DNA of 63,986 nucleotides, counting the filler, from Dimargaris cristalligena (lineage: Eukaryota): the NCBI GenBank assembly GCA_003614675.1. It is 3 parts of 3 records of this genome, joined end to end, with 100 filler letters (N's around TTAATTAATTAA, not from the genome) between each part and the next. Parts side by side here need not be neighbours in the genome. Positions count along the whole stretch, not along the records: positions 1 to 21,355 come from ML002666.1; positions 21,456 to 42,746 come from ML002667.1; 1 more part is not named here. One strand, written 5' to 3'. Both the position numbers and the translations under genes were made by a program. The first letter of the stretch is position 1, and every line of letters begins with the position of its first letter. Below the pieces are notes generated by a model. It made no database searches. It was given only the letters and a program-made list of their open reading frames with translations, and had not been told where the DNA came from. Shown here in pieces: positions 12,963 through 23,293 of this stretch.

Positions 12963-13469
12963 TTACGACGATTTCTCGTCCAGTTTCTTTTGTCTCCAGC
13001 CTCGACGGGCTCTCGTCTAGAAAAACCGCCAGACGTCCCGGTCAACGAACCGTATCGCAATATATATATATATATTACAATATTTAATCAGATTTTTAAT
13101 ACCAGTATTCGGCATAGACAAAGCCACATTGACCTTGCCCATTTACAATTGTGGGTAACCCGAGGGCTCGAGGAAATACACGGGGTTTTGGGGGAAAGAA
13201 AAATTACAGCAGCTCGGATTAGCTCCCCTGAATTACTTTTGAGCGGTCGAATAGCCCCCTCCCCTCCACTCTACGAATTGGTTCTGCTAGAAACTTACCC
13301 ATTCTTTCTTGCATTCCTTGTACTGGTCAAAGAAGGACTGGCAGGCCTTCTTATTGTCCTGGTGACGTTCGAGGCATTCCAAGCTCTGCTTAGACTCCAT
13401 CTCACAGGGATTCATGTACATGCCCGGGGCCTTGGTGTCGAATTGGCTGAATGTGGGGCGTTCGCTCAT
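12963..13469 (-). CDS. COX23: Twin CX9C mitochondrial intermembrane-space cytochrome c oxidase assembly factor, 2 exons
   Basis: MSERPTFSQFDTKAPGMYMNPCEMESKQSLECLERHQDNKKACQSFFDQYKECKKEW|TRARRGWRQ...*; NPC-X9-C and C-X9-C spacing with the CKKxW ending typical of Cox23/CHCHD7. Confidence 0.85.
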
Positions 13470-14216
13470 TTCGCTCTTTTTTTTTCTTTCCCCGCGAAGG
13501 TTGAAGGCCTGAGCCGATATGGTTGGGGTAAAGAGAGAAATAGTCAAATGACAATATAGGGTGGTTCAATGAAAAGGTTCCCGAGGTAAATGAGAAAATA
13601 GACCAGCTGATAAGGATTCGTAATGAGGAGAAACGAAGAGCAAGCCAAATGGGAAATGTTCTCGCATATAGAGGATATTTTAATAAAGATAGGTTGTTGG
13701 TAGGTAGTAGGTGATAGGCGGCTACTAACTACAGCATGATAGGTAGCTGAGGCGCTCTATTGAAGCCAGCGCAAATCAAATCAATGTAAGTCTCCAAATA
13801 GGCTTAAAATATGGTGGTTGGGGCGTGAATTCCACATATAATCCTACTATTATTGACCTTTTCACGATTATCAAGACGGGCTTGATTGAACCTTGCAACC
13901 GCATTCCAGAAATCTGGGAAGTCCACACACTATTATTGGTAATGAACTAGTGCGCATGCGATTTATTGCGTCCAACACAGGCGTGGGGTATAGTATGGGG
14001 ATGGCCTGAATTCCTCTCAACCAAAAATGAAATACATCAACGTTATATAGTAAAAACGTGAGTAAAGGGTTATTGTATCATTTGATGATAAATCTGTATA
14101 TATATATATTGAAAACAGCATCGCACAGCCAATGGCACCACTTGGAGTACGCAAACAGAGGTAGAAGAGGGGGGGATGAGCTGCTCTAGTAGGCATCGCC
14201 ACTATCATCTATAAAC

Positions 14217-15956
14217 CTAAGACTCGGGTTGGACTGACCCATTATTATCCGCAATCGATAGTTCATCAACGGCCGCAGCTAACGCCTCGTTTTTGGCCTT
14301 AATGGCTCGGCGCATCCGGGCGCGCATTTTGAAGAGATGGATGGCCTTCATGATGGTTGCCAGACCTGATATGGTGTTAATAGCATTGTTGATTTCCTGC
14401 TCGGTGGCGCCCGTCACGCTGTCGCGACAATTTTCTTCGATGGATTCAAGTGGGGCTTGGTCAAGTTCGGTAATCCAGCGGTGATTCTGTGGATCGTTTA
14501 TAGTCGAGGTGAAATATAAATATAAAAGGATGAGCAATTGTAATGGAAAACTGGTCGATATGCGCCCAAGTATTGCCGGTGGAGTTCATCCCACTGCAAC
14601 AAAATGAGGTTAATACCCGGGGTGGGTTCGTAATGGTTCACCGGGTAGAAAATTTAACTTACCCGAATCTCCGGGATGGTCAGTCTTGTATCGGGGTTCT
14701 TGTCCAAAAGGTGAGTCAAAAGGTCAACCAAATCTGCACTGAGGTTTTCTGGGTACTCAACACTACGTGTATTGGTATGTGAATATGTGTGTGTGTGTGG
14801 GGGGGGGGGTTGAAATAGCAAGTGTTTTAAATATGAGATAGAGCCCAATTATGGTTTATATTCTCCATCGCCCTCTCTCTTTCTCTCTCTCTCTATATAT
14901 ATGTGTGTTTCCGATTCAAATTAGCGGCACTTACGTTTTTGAGATAATCGCCTCGTACATGTCCGGTACCGAAGCCCCTGAGAAGGGTAATTTACCGGTA
15001 GCCAAGCAGTACAAAGTCGCACCCAGCGACCAAATGTCAGTTTTCGTCCCCGACACCTGCCCATGGTCAGCGCGACACAGTTCGGGGGCCATAAAGGCGG
15101 GGCTGCCCACCGACTTTTTAACCCAATCACTTTCCTTGGCGAACATTTCCGATACGCCGAAATCCACGATTTTCAACACCCCCTCCGCATTCAACAATAG
15201 GTTATCGGGCTTAATGTCCCGGTGGACAATTCCGCTATGGTGCAGGTATTCGACCCCCAAAAGGGCCTCCCGGAAATAGTGGCGACACTGCGTCTCGGGG
15301 TACGGTTCAGCAGGGCGGTGAAGCCCAATATCAATGACGGCGCCTCGGCTACACATTTCGTACACCATGTAGAGGGAATCCTGGGCGGGATCGTTGAGCA
15401 CTTCATAAAGGCGAATAATGTTCGGATGGTGGAGTTTTTTGAAAATGGCGATTTCCCGTTTGATGGGAGCCAGGGGGTCGCTCGGGCCGTCGAATGGGGT
15501 TTGCCCGGGACCGTTAGGTAAGGCCGAGGGTGTGCGGCTGGCTGAATAAAATGGCGGGGGTGGGGGCGGCCGACCACGGCCACGGCCACGACCACGACCC
15601 GGGGCAGGGCCAGGGCCTCCTGCACCTCCACCGCGACCCCAGCCGGGCGGGGCTTGGCTATGGGCCAACTTCTTGAGTCGGAGTTTACTGAATTCTTTGA
15701 GGGCGTATTCAGTGTTATCCCGGGTATCGATGGCCAGGTGGACGGCACCGTAGGACCCCTGGCCGAGGAGACGGGTGACTAGGTATTGGTTGATGCGGAC
15801 CCCGCCGTCTTGGACTTCGGCAATTTCGGTTCGACTGGTTTCTAGGATGGCTGTGGGGGCGTCTGCTACTGTTGCTGCTGTTGCATTGGGGCTGGGTTTA
15901 GTAGCAGCAGTAGACCCAGTGGCTTCGGCCTTTGGGTTAAGCTGAGTGTCCTCCAT
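14217..15956 (-). CDS. CaMKK-family Ser/Thr protein kinase (Ssp1/Sak1/CAMKK-like), 3 exons
   Basis: INQY..LGQGSYGAV, ALKEFSK, REIAIFKKLHHPNII, HRDIKPDNLL, DFGVS, VGSPAFMAPE; long insert between subdomains II and III; C-terminal autoinhibitory/CaM-binding-like segment (INTISGLATIMKAIHLFK). First ATG at 15956. Confidence 0.92.
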
Positions 15957-16709
15957 GACAGTGAGTGAGAGGGGCAAGAATGAGAAGCGTTTGGAGGAGG
16001 AGGGGAAATGTAGTGAAATGGAGTTCCCAGATAGATGGGGGAGTAAAGTTCAGATAGAACCAGCGGAACGACTAAAGGACGAAGGGTTTGTGCGGACACT
16101 AGCGATAGAGTAGCGTTGAGCTGGGCCCGAGTCAGCTTGTGGCCCCTCCTCAATACACTATAGTATATAATCGGCTATACCATATAGCACAGTATTTGGG
16201 ACTTGTTTCGCCAGTATGGCCGACCTCCCCCTCTCTCATACAGCAACGTGAGGTAAGGAAGGACATGGCTTAATTTTGAGTGTAAGTATTACACATACTA
16301 TTTATTATAATACACTATTATACTGTTACTTACTTGAACCCATATCTATGGAAGAGATTAGTAGTAGTGGACACCCACAACCTAGACCTCGAGGACTAGT
16401 CACATGACTTTGCTGGGGGCCTCTTCTTTGTTAAAAAAATCGATACTGGTGTAATTAAACAGAGCTCCGAACTTCAACCGATTCAGTTAAAGATAATTTT
16501 AAATGATACAATATTCTATACCCACACCACCGTTCAAGTATTCTGTATTCAACGAGCTCATTCCAACGTCATTTAACGATCTTGCCCAGAGAGTTGTGTC
16601 TCCCCGTTTATCCATTTTCAGGCATTGCAGCCTCACCCAATTTCCCCTACGTTAACTTCACTTCCCTCATATTCTGTAAACCCTGTCCATTCATTATTCG
16701 ACCTTCACC

Positions 16710-17666
16710 ATGTCCGAGAATTCCTCCTCCAGCATTACCACGCCCAAAAAAAACCCCGCCAACATATCAGCGAAGCCCGTTCTACCCAGCGACAGCCCTC
16801 TTCCGGGCGCCGATTCCAAACAGACCAAACAGGCCACCCTCCCCCCCGCCCGTTCCCGTCTGCAGGCTAGAAATGCCTGGCGAGGAAGTACCACTGAGGT
16901 GGTCCCAACGACCTATTTCCGGTTCCCTAACGAATACAATAAGCATGAGGTAGGGCCCTGGGATCCTGCCCGTATTGAGGCCCACCACGTAGCCCGCCGG
17001 CTCTGCCACCATGTTCCCGGGATGGAATTGATGCGGTACAGCGATCTCCAGCGTACCGCGGCCATGGTATTACAATACTATAAGGCCAAATGCTACGATA
17101 TTCCGCTGCATCAGTCGCAACAGCGTATTTATCGGGAAATCGACTGGATCGAGCGACTTACTAAGCTATCCGCCGCCCGGATCCGACCCTTCGCCGAGCG
17201 GCGCCGCCGAACCGAATACCTCGAGCGGAAACGGGAACGGATTTACGATGATATTGTCCGGCTCCGGAGCGGCCAGACGCCCCGGCGGCGGGGAGATATC
17301 AGCCAGCTGCAGGCCTTGAGCCAGGTGCGACCCCCCCTCATGGTACATGAGCTCGAGGTATCGCTCGATGACCAGGACCAGGACCGGGCCCGACTCGCCG
17401 AACCCCTCACCGACGCGGAGTGTGAGAAATACCGCCCCCCGGTCCAAAGGTTCCATTACACTTATGCTAACCCGGAGTTTGTGCTTATATTCCTAGAGGC
17501 CTTGGCGTCGCAGGGCTATACCCTGCCGGGATTTGGGACAAGTAAGCGTAATGTGAAGCCGCCGTCATGGCAAGAACGGCGTATGGCCAAGCGGGCCGAG
17601 AAGGCCGAGAAGACCTCTGGGCAATTGGATTTGTTCGAATGGGTGGGTCAGGCTCAAACGGCTTAG
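16710..17666 (+). CDS. Hypothetical protein (318 aa), single exon, no recognised family
   Basis: Long ORF with good start context (CACCATGT), GC-rich coding-like composition, pyrimidine-rich leader and a (GA)n tract directly after the stop. Confidence 0.75.
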   Translation: MSENSSSSITTPKKNPANISAKPVLPSDSPLPGADSKQTKQATLPPARSRLQARNAWRGSTTEVVPTTYFRFPNEYNKHEVGPWDPARIEAHHVARRLCHHVPGMELMRYSDLQRTAAMVLQYYKAKCYDIPLHQSQQRIYREIDWIERLTKLSAARIRPFAERRRRTEYLERKRERIYDDIVRLRSGQTPRRRGDISQLQALSQVRPPLMVHELEVSLDDQDQDRARLAEPLTDAECEKYRPPVQRFHYTYANPEFVLIFLEALASQGYTLPGFGTSKRNVKPPSWQERRMAKRAEKAEKTSGQLDLFEWVGQAQTA

Positions 17667-18442
17667 AGTGAGAGAGAGAGAGAGAGAGAGAGAATACACC
17701 ACCTTCTCTATTTGGGGAGAGCGGGGCCTAATAAGAAGGAGGAGGGGGAGAGCCCCGCTGAACGCCAACGCCCTTCGTTCAGCCAGTCGGAAACCCTCTA
17801 ACCTCTCATCCTTCCACCAATACCCACGACTGGTATGTTATGAAATCAACCGCCGGGGGGGGGGGTTAACACCGCACCTGGCCCTGACCCATGGGGCTCG
17901 CTGACGATAATAATAGATTATACTAGTCCAACAGACTCTGCCTTTCACATCTAGTGAGATATAATCCCTAAACCCGCGCTATTCTCCAGATCTACGTGAT
18001 TATTTTTTCAGATTATCATCCAGCTATTCATTTATGTGTTTGTGTGGCTATTACAATATATATACCATATCCCATTGGAGTCGAAAATAGCGCGGCAGGT
18101 AAAGGGAGAGGTCGAGAGCTAAGCCGACTGGCCAGTCTAACGGAATGACCCTGTGCTGTCCTCCGCCCCACCTTCCAATACCCTCCCCCAAGCATTTAAT
18201 AAATAAATATCACCAATCTGAACCCACCAACCGGATGTAGTAGTGACATAGGGCAATAGAAACCCCCTCCCGCCTTGCGTTGATTTAGGGAGGGATTATT
18301 GCCCGTACGGTTGAGCTGGGTCGGTCTCCGACTGTTCTATATTGGTTTAGCACGGTAGTCCTGGCTAGTTAGTTTCCCTTCCCGCCTCCCTAGCAATCCT
18401 TTCCTTATTTGGGGTGGATCCATCCACCCACTCAAATCCAGA

Positions 18443-18563
18443 GTTGCCAATTATGGTACATCTGCTGACTAATCAACCATCCCTGGCTCTGTCTCATACT
18501 TCTCTACCCACACATAACCAGCGTTGCCCATTATGGTAGCGCTGCTGACTAATCAACCACCCC
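18443..18563 (+). promoter_or_regulatory. 41-bp direct repeat (two copies, 80-bp period), each carrying TGACTAATCA, a Yap/AP-1-like element upstream of ACR3
   Basis: Copies at 18443-18483 and 18523-18563 are 36/41 identical; the core CTGCTGACTAATCAACCA is perfectly conserved. TGACTAA is a known Yap-response element. Confidence 0.6.
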
Positions 18564-19215
18564 CCTTGATTGATGTCCAGCCGGCCCACCTTCCGGGCCA
18601 TATTCACCAACAGGCACCGCGGACAGTAGCAGACCCGCTGATTTGCGGGTATTCTATGGACCATCTCGGCTGTAGCGGGTGGGACGGCACCTTGGAGACG
18701 AATATGTATATATAATCGAGCTGGTCCTCACTTATAATACATTGAATTATAATCATTGTTTAAGGTGCCCAGAACCGTATTATTCCTCGCTACTAATATC
18801 CTATGCTTTTCTCTGTCACCGGTTCAGGCATATTCCCCGTCCACATTTACTAAAGGCTCTCTTCCAGATCAGACCCACGTGGCTGAGAAACCAATCTATT
18901 GGCGCAATATTAAGGTGAGGAGGGGTCGCTAGGTTGTATCAAATTTGTGGGGGAAGATACTACTAGGCCATAGCTGGGTCTATCTATCAGATCAAACGGT
19001 CTTTTTTTCTTAAGTGTAAAATAGTGCACATTATGTGTCGAGTTAAGTTATCAACGACCTAGATTCTTTTTAGATTGTCCCAAGATACCACTCTTTCTTG
19101 GAGGTGAACCCTGTCTGACCTCTACATACCCAAGTATGTCTGTGCCCCACATTTATACGTTGTACCACCAGTCCCGTTTTCTTTACACTTGCCCATTCCG
19201 GTCCATTGCCCCATA

Positions 19216-20472
19216 ATGGACTCCGTTCCAACCGCCTACTCACCCGCGCCCCGGACTTCGGCCGAGAAGGAGAGGGGAGCTGACACTCCGTTCCTTTACC
19301 CCACAAAGGAAGCCGTCCAGCTGCTGCCAGTCGAGTCGGACGCCCCTCCCCTGACCTTCGCCGCTCTATTCCGCTCCCTCTCCCTTACCGACAAACTCCT
19401 TCCCCTGCTTATCCTCATCGTCATCGTAGTCGGTGCCCTCATCGGCAACTACGTCCCCGCCGCCCATGAAAACCTCAACCGCATTCAAGTGAGCGAGGTT
19501 TCGCTGCCTCTGTTCATCGGCCTGCTCGTGATGATGTACCCGGTGCTCTGCCACGTGGAATTCGAAAGCCTCGGGGCCTTGCTTAAACAGCGCGCCTTCT
19601 GGTACCATTTCCTGGTGTCTTTTATTTTCAATTGGCTCATTGGACCCTTTGTCATGACCGGGTTGGCCTGGGCGACCTTGCCGGATTTGCCCGAGTACCG
19701 CACCGGGGTAATTTTGATTGGGCTGGCCCGGTGTATCGCCATGGTTCTTATTTGGAACCAGCTGGCCCATGGCCACCGCGAGTATTGTGCCCTACTGGTG
19801 GCCTTCAACTCCATACTCCAAATTGCCCTCTACGCCCCCCTCGCCCTCTTTTTCATCCGCGTGCTGGCCCCGGCCAGTGAGCGGGCCAACGGTAGCAACA
19901 GCCAAATGCACCTGAGCTACTGGGTGGTGGCCCGCAGTGTGCTGATCTTCCTCGGGGCTCCGCTAGGCGCCGCCATAATTACCCGCGTAGTGCTCCGGTA
20001 TCTCTTGGGTCTGCGCCGCTGGTACGATGAGCGCTTTGTGCCGGCCATCAGCCCCTTGGCCCTGGTCGGCCTGCTCTTCACGATTTTGATTATGTTCATC
20101 TCGCAGGGTGGTCAAATCGTCGACAAAATAGGTTACGTGGCTCGTACGGGTGTGCCCCTACTCATTTATTTCCCCATTATGTTTAGCGGCACTTTTTATC
20201 TTTGCTACCGCTTGGGATTCACCTATGAACACTGCGTCACCCAGTCCTTCACGTCCGCGAGTAACAATTTCGAATTGGCCATCGCCGTGGCCGTTGCTAC
20301 CTATGGTCTGGACTCTGCCGAAGCTCTGGCTTCGGTGGTAGGACCATTGATCGAGGTACCGGTTTTACTGATCTTGGTCTACGCCTGTCTATGGCTGCGG
20401 GACCGGTGGTTCGATCGACTAACTAGTAAGCCCAAGTTTAGTCGCCAAAAGTACGAATTGGCGGCACCGTGA
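19216..20472 (+). CDS. ACR3: Arsenite/antimonite efflux transporter, ACR3 family, intronless
   Basis: GLLVMMYPVL, NWLIGP, LPDLPEYRTGVILIGLARCIAMVLIWNQLA (conserved Cys), SNNFELAIAVAVATYG, VGPLIEVPVL; about 10 hydrophobic helices. First ATG at 19216. Confidence 0.97.
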   Translation: MDSVPTAYSPAPRTSAEKERGADTPFLYPTKEAVQLLPVESDAPPLTFAALFRSLSLTDKLLPLLILIVIVVGALIGNYVPAAHENLNRIQVSEVSLPLFIGLLVMMYPVLCHVEFESLGALLKQRAFWYHFLVSFIFNWLIGPFVMTGLAWATLPDLPEYRTGVILIGLARCIAMVLIWNQLAHGHREYCALLVAFNSILQIALYAPLALFFIRVLAPASERANGSNSQMHLSYWVVARSVLIFLGAPLGAAIITRVVLRYLLGLRRWYDERFVPAISPLALVGLLFTILIMFISQGGQIVDKIGYVARTGVPLLIYFPIMFSGTFYLCYRLGFTYEHCVTQSFTSASNNFELAIAVAVATYGLDSAEALASVVGPLIEVPVLLILVYACLWLRDRWFDRLTSKPKFSRQKYELAAP

Positions 20473-21300
20473 GGCTGTGATATAGATACTTACTCTTATT
20501 GAATTCTACTGTCCATTTTGTTTATATCGTATAAGAAGGTGAAATGGATTTACATCTATTTCCGCATAAGCATTACGTGGCTAGTCATCGGGGTGATTCA
20601 TATGCTAGTTAGTGCCACTAAAGACACGAAATTATAGACGGTGGTACGTCTAATGATAGGAGTGTTAAATAGCGATTAGGAAGAGCGTGTTTTATTAAAG
20701 GAATATGGAATCTGAAGTAGTAGAAGCGTTATGGATGCTAGTAAACCGGGGATCCAGGAAGTGCGGCCGATACACTGCTTATATGGCTGATGACTATCCT
20801 CGGATAAGAGCGCGGTGGTGTCCGCATATATTGTCGCCGGGCCTACTGGGATGCATATATCCCATTTGGGTCATCCACAGGTACTTCTGATGTAACGGCC
20901 TCAGAAGCGTTGGAGGTATCCAGGCATACTGGATTTCTGCGCCGGCCAAGGTCGGCCCCCGCTCTGGCTGTGGATGCAACAGGAGCAGTGACGTGTGGGC
21001 CGGATTTTGGAAAAAGGGGGTAGGTCTATGTCCTTCAGTGGCCGGCTAGTCTAGCACCTCCCTACGGCAGATATTCGTCATAACTACATACACAATACTC
21101 TATGAAATATGAGCTAGGCCATTTTGTGTTTTAACCCGGACAACCAGACTCTACAAGCGATAAATTGGTTTTATCCTTGGTCCGAATTTCCCTGGATCGG
21201 AATCATGCCGAGTGCCACGGAATATCCGCTTGATGTATGTGTTTGTTTCACTTGTCGGAGAGTATGGCGCTGCTTGCTGCTGTTGCCGGTGAGTGGGAAC

Positions 21301-21355
21301 ATATGGGTGAAGTTCAGCTTGGCTGTATAAGGGTTTAACTGATATGTGTATGGGA
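21301..21355 (+). repeat. 55-bp dispersed repeat at the end of segment 1 (copy 1)
   Basis: 52/55 identical to 42690-42744; both copies run into an N linker. Confidence 0.9.
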
Positions 21356-21455
21356 NNNNNNNNNNNNNNNNNNNNNNNNNNNNNNNNNNNNNNNNNNNNT
21401 TAATTAATTAANNNNNNNNNNNNNNNNNNNNNNNNNNNNNNNNNNNNNNNNNNNN
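21356..21455. other. Artificial contig linker N44-TTAATTAATTAA-N44
   Basis: Exactly 100 nt; the 12-mer puts stop codons in all six frames; identical to 42747-42846. Confidence 0.97.
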
Positions 21456-22633
21456 TAGCCACCACCAAAAATTCCCGGCCAGGGACCATCGTCCTGGCTT
21501 TCAACTACCTTTTTTTTTTTTTTCAAAAAAAGCCCCGGGGGTAAAATTTCGCAGAGTCTCGTTATTACAATAATTATTCCCTAGTTAGGCCATTTGATAA
21601 ACGCTGTAATCCAGCCCATATTCCGTTTTCATATGGTTACATTTCCTCTTTGATTTTCCACTCCTATGACGTATTAATTAAATATTCAAGTTGTTGATTT
21701 TATGATATTTTAGGCTTACGTTCACAGGCAACGCTAAAGACGTAAGACCTGATAATACGAGAGAACGTTGCATTCATTGCTTATTGCTCCTACTATTCGG
21801 AATAATCAGGGCTTCATCTGGGTATTTCTAGTGGTGTACATTGCTTGGCTAATCCGTTCTTGGGTCTTTGGCATTTTATGTATTATTAAACATTACCGAT
21901 TTCAATAATGAGGGCAATGGTCAGCTTGGCCTACTGACTACACAATTGGTATAAGCTAGTCCCCTTTAAATCGGACATGTGCCCATTCCTTCCGAAAAAT
22001 CAAATATTTCCACTTTTTTTAAAAAATGAAATATTATTGATTAAGTATTGTGTCATTAAGGGAGCCCTTTTCAAGCTCGATAGTTCTACTCTGTTTATTG
22101 TTTTCAATTTCATATTACGATCTTATGACTCCACCGAAATAATTGCATATTAAATTATTTAACTATTTTAACTTATAGTAAGTCCAACCCCGGCTTTATT
22201 TCTTCTAATACGACCAATGGCCCTAATTGTCGGTCAGGAGACGCCCCCTTCGACGCTAGGTTATCCCGAAAATTAATCCGTGGCCCCAACTGTCACCAAA
22301 ATAAAAGTGCGGCATCCATAATAAGCATGGGGTGAAGTCCTTAGTCCAGCGAAATCCCTTTCATTCAATCTAATCTGCGAACTGATTACAATTAGTTACT
22401 GCTATGAAAAGTCCATTCTGCTCAAACAATCATTAAGGCACCTGTTCGATTAAGGTTGCATTTAGGTTTTTATTGAATACTACTATTCATGGGGCAATGT
22501 TGACCCATTTAGAGGTTCGGTGAAGTGAATGAGAATACGTGGCAATACATCAGACCACGTCGGACCTCGATTGGGGCAACGTGTTGGTGTAAATGAAAAA
22601 GATGGAAGGATTGAGGGTTACCCAGTAATACAT

Positions 22634-23293
22634 TCAGTATTTGTAAGTGGCATAACGCGCTACGGCCCGCTCTTGGTAGCGCTTGAAGGAGGGATCCTGC
22701 TCTAGAGTGGCCTGGAACTTACGTAGACCCTTGCCTACATGTTCCTCCAGGGTATCCTTATAATTGGGCATGGTGGCCAGTTTCTTGAGGCACAAGTACG
22801 CAAACAAATCGGCCAGAGTGGTCTTGTTACCGACGTAGTGACCGGTTCCGTTGCGGAGCAGCCGTTCATCGTGTTTCTGCAACAAATGGGTGGCCGCTTT
22901 ACCGAGCTTCAGCAAGTAGTTCGCCTTTTCTTCCTCGGTCTCGGCGAAGAAGATGTAATTGATAAATATTTCCGTCACATCCTTCCACTGGCCGAGCACC
23001 TCGTCCTGCTGGGCGTTGGTCTGCAATTCAGCGGGGCTCGTTCCGTACAAGCCGTAGCGGGCGCCCAGGTAGCGTTGGATGGCGTCGGAGTCGGACAGGA
23101 CGAACTTAGGCTCAGTGGAGTCGGATTCGTACTCCTTGAGCACGGGCAGCTGGCCGTAGGGGGTCTGGCCCTTTTCGGCGGGCCATTGGGTCGCATAAAT
23201 CGACTTGTATTCGACGTCGGCGTAGTCCAGGATAGCGCGCGCAATTTCGGCCCGGCCGGAGGTGGGAAAGTACATCACTTCAAAGCGGGTCAT
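22634..23293 (-). CDS. Glutathione S-transferase (Tyr-type, sigma-class-like), intronless
   Basis: YFPTSGRAEIAR, TPYGQLPVL, SDSDAIQRYL, YVGNKTTLADL; TATAAAA about 135 bp upstream (23428-23434, minus strand). Confidence 0.93.
   Translation of the reverse strand: MTRFEVMYFPTSGRAEIARAILDYADVEYKSIYATQWPAEKGQTPYGQLPVLKEYESDSTEPKFVLSDSDAIQRYLGARYGLYGTSPAELQTNAQQDEVLGQWKDVTEIFINYIFFAETEEEKANYLLKLGKAATHLLQKHDERLLRNGTGHYVGNKTTLADLFAYLCLKKLATMPNYKDTLEEHVGKGLRKFQATLEQDPSFKRYQERAVARYATYKY

Noticed and set aside
12951..13559. 202-aa plus-strand ORF
   Set aside because: It is antisense to the spliced COX23 gene, starts at TTG, crosses a TA microsatellite and has no protein-like motif.
19216..20472. Recent bacterial horizontal transfer of the intronless ACR3
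   Set aside because: It has a fungal-type N-terminal extension and composition like neighbouring genes; several other native-looking genes here are also intronless. A phylogeny would be needed to claim transfer.
21400..21411. TTAATTAATTAA as a biological motif or CRISPR-like repeat
   Set aside because: It is centred in exact 44-N flanks in both occurrences, so it is a synthetic six-frame stop spacer.
22003..22035. AT-rich imperfect palindrome (AATATTTC...GAAATATT)
   Set aside because: Low-complexity A/T sequence with no partner repeat or TSD to support a MITE.
19216..23293. ACR3 and GST as a physical arsenic-resistance gene cluster
   Set aside because: They are separated by an artificial linker between apparently size-sorted contigs, and no arsenate reductase, ArsM or bZIP gene is visible nearby.
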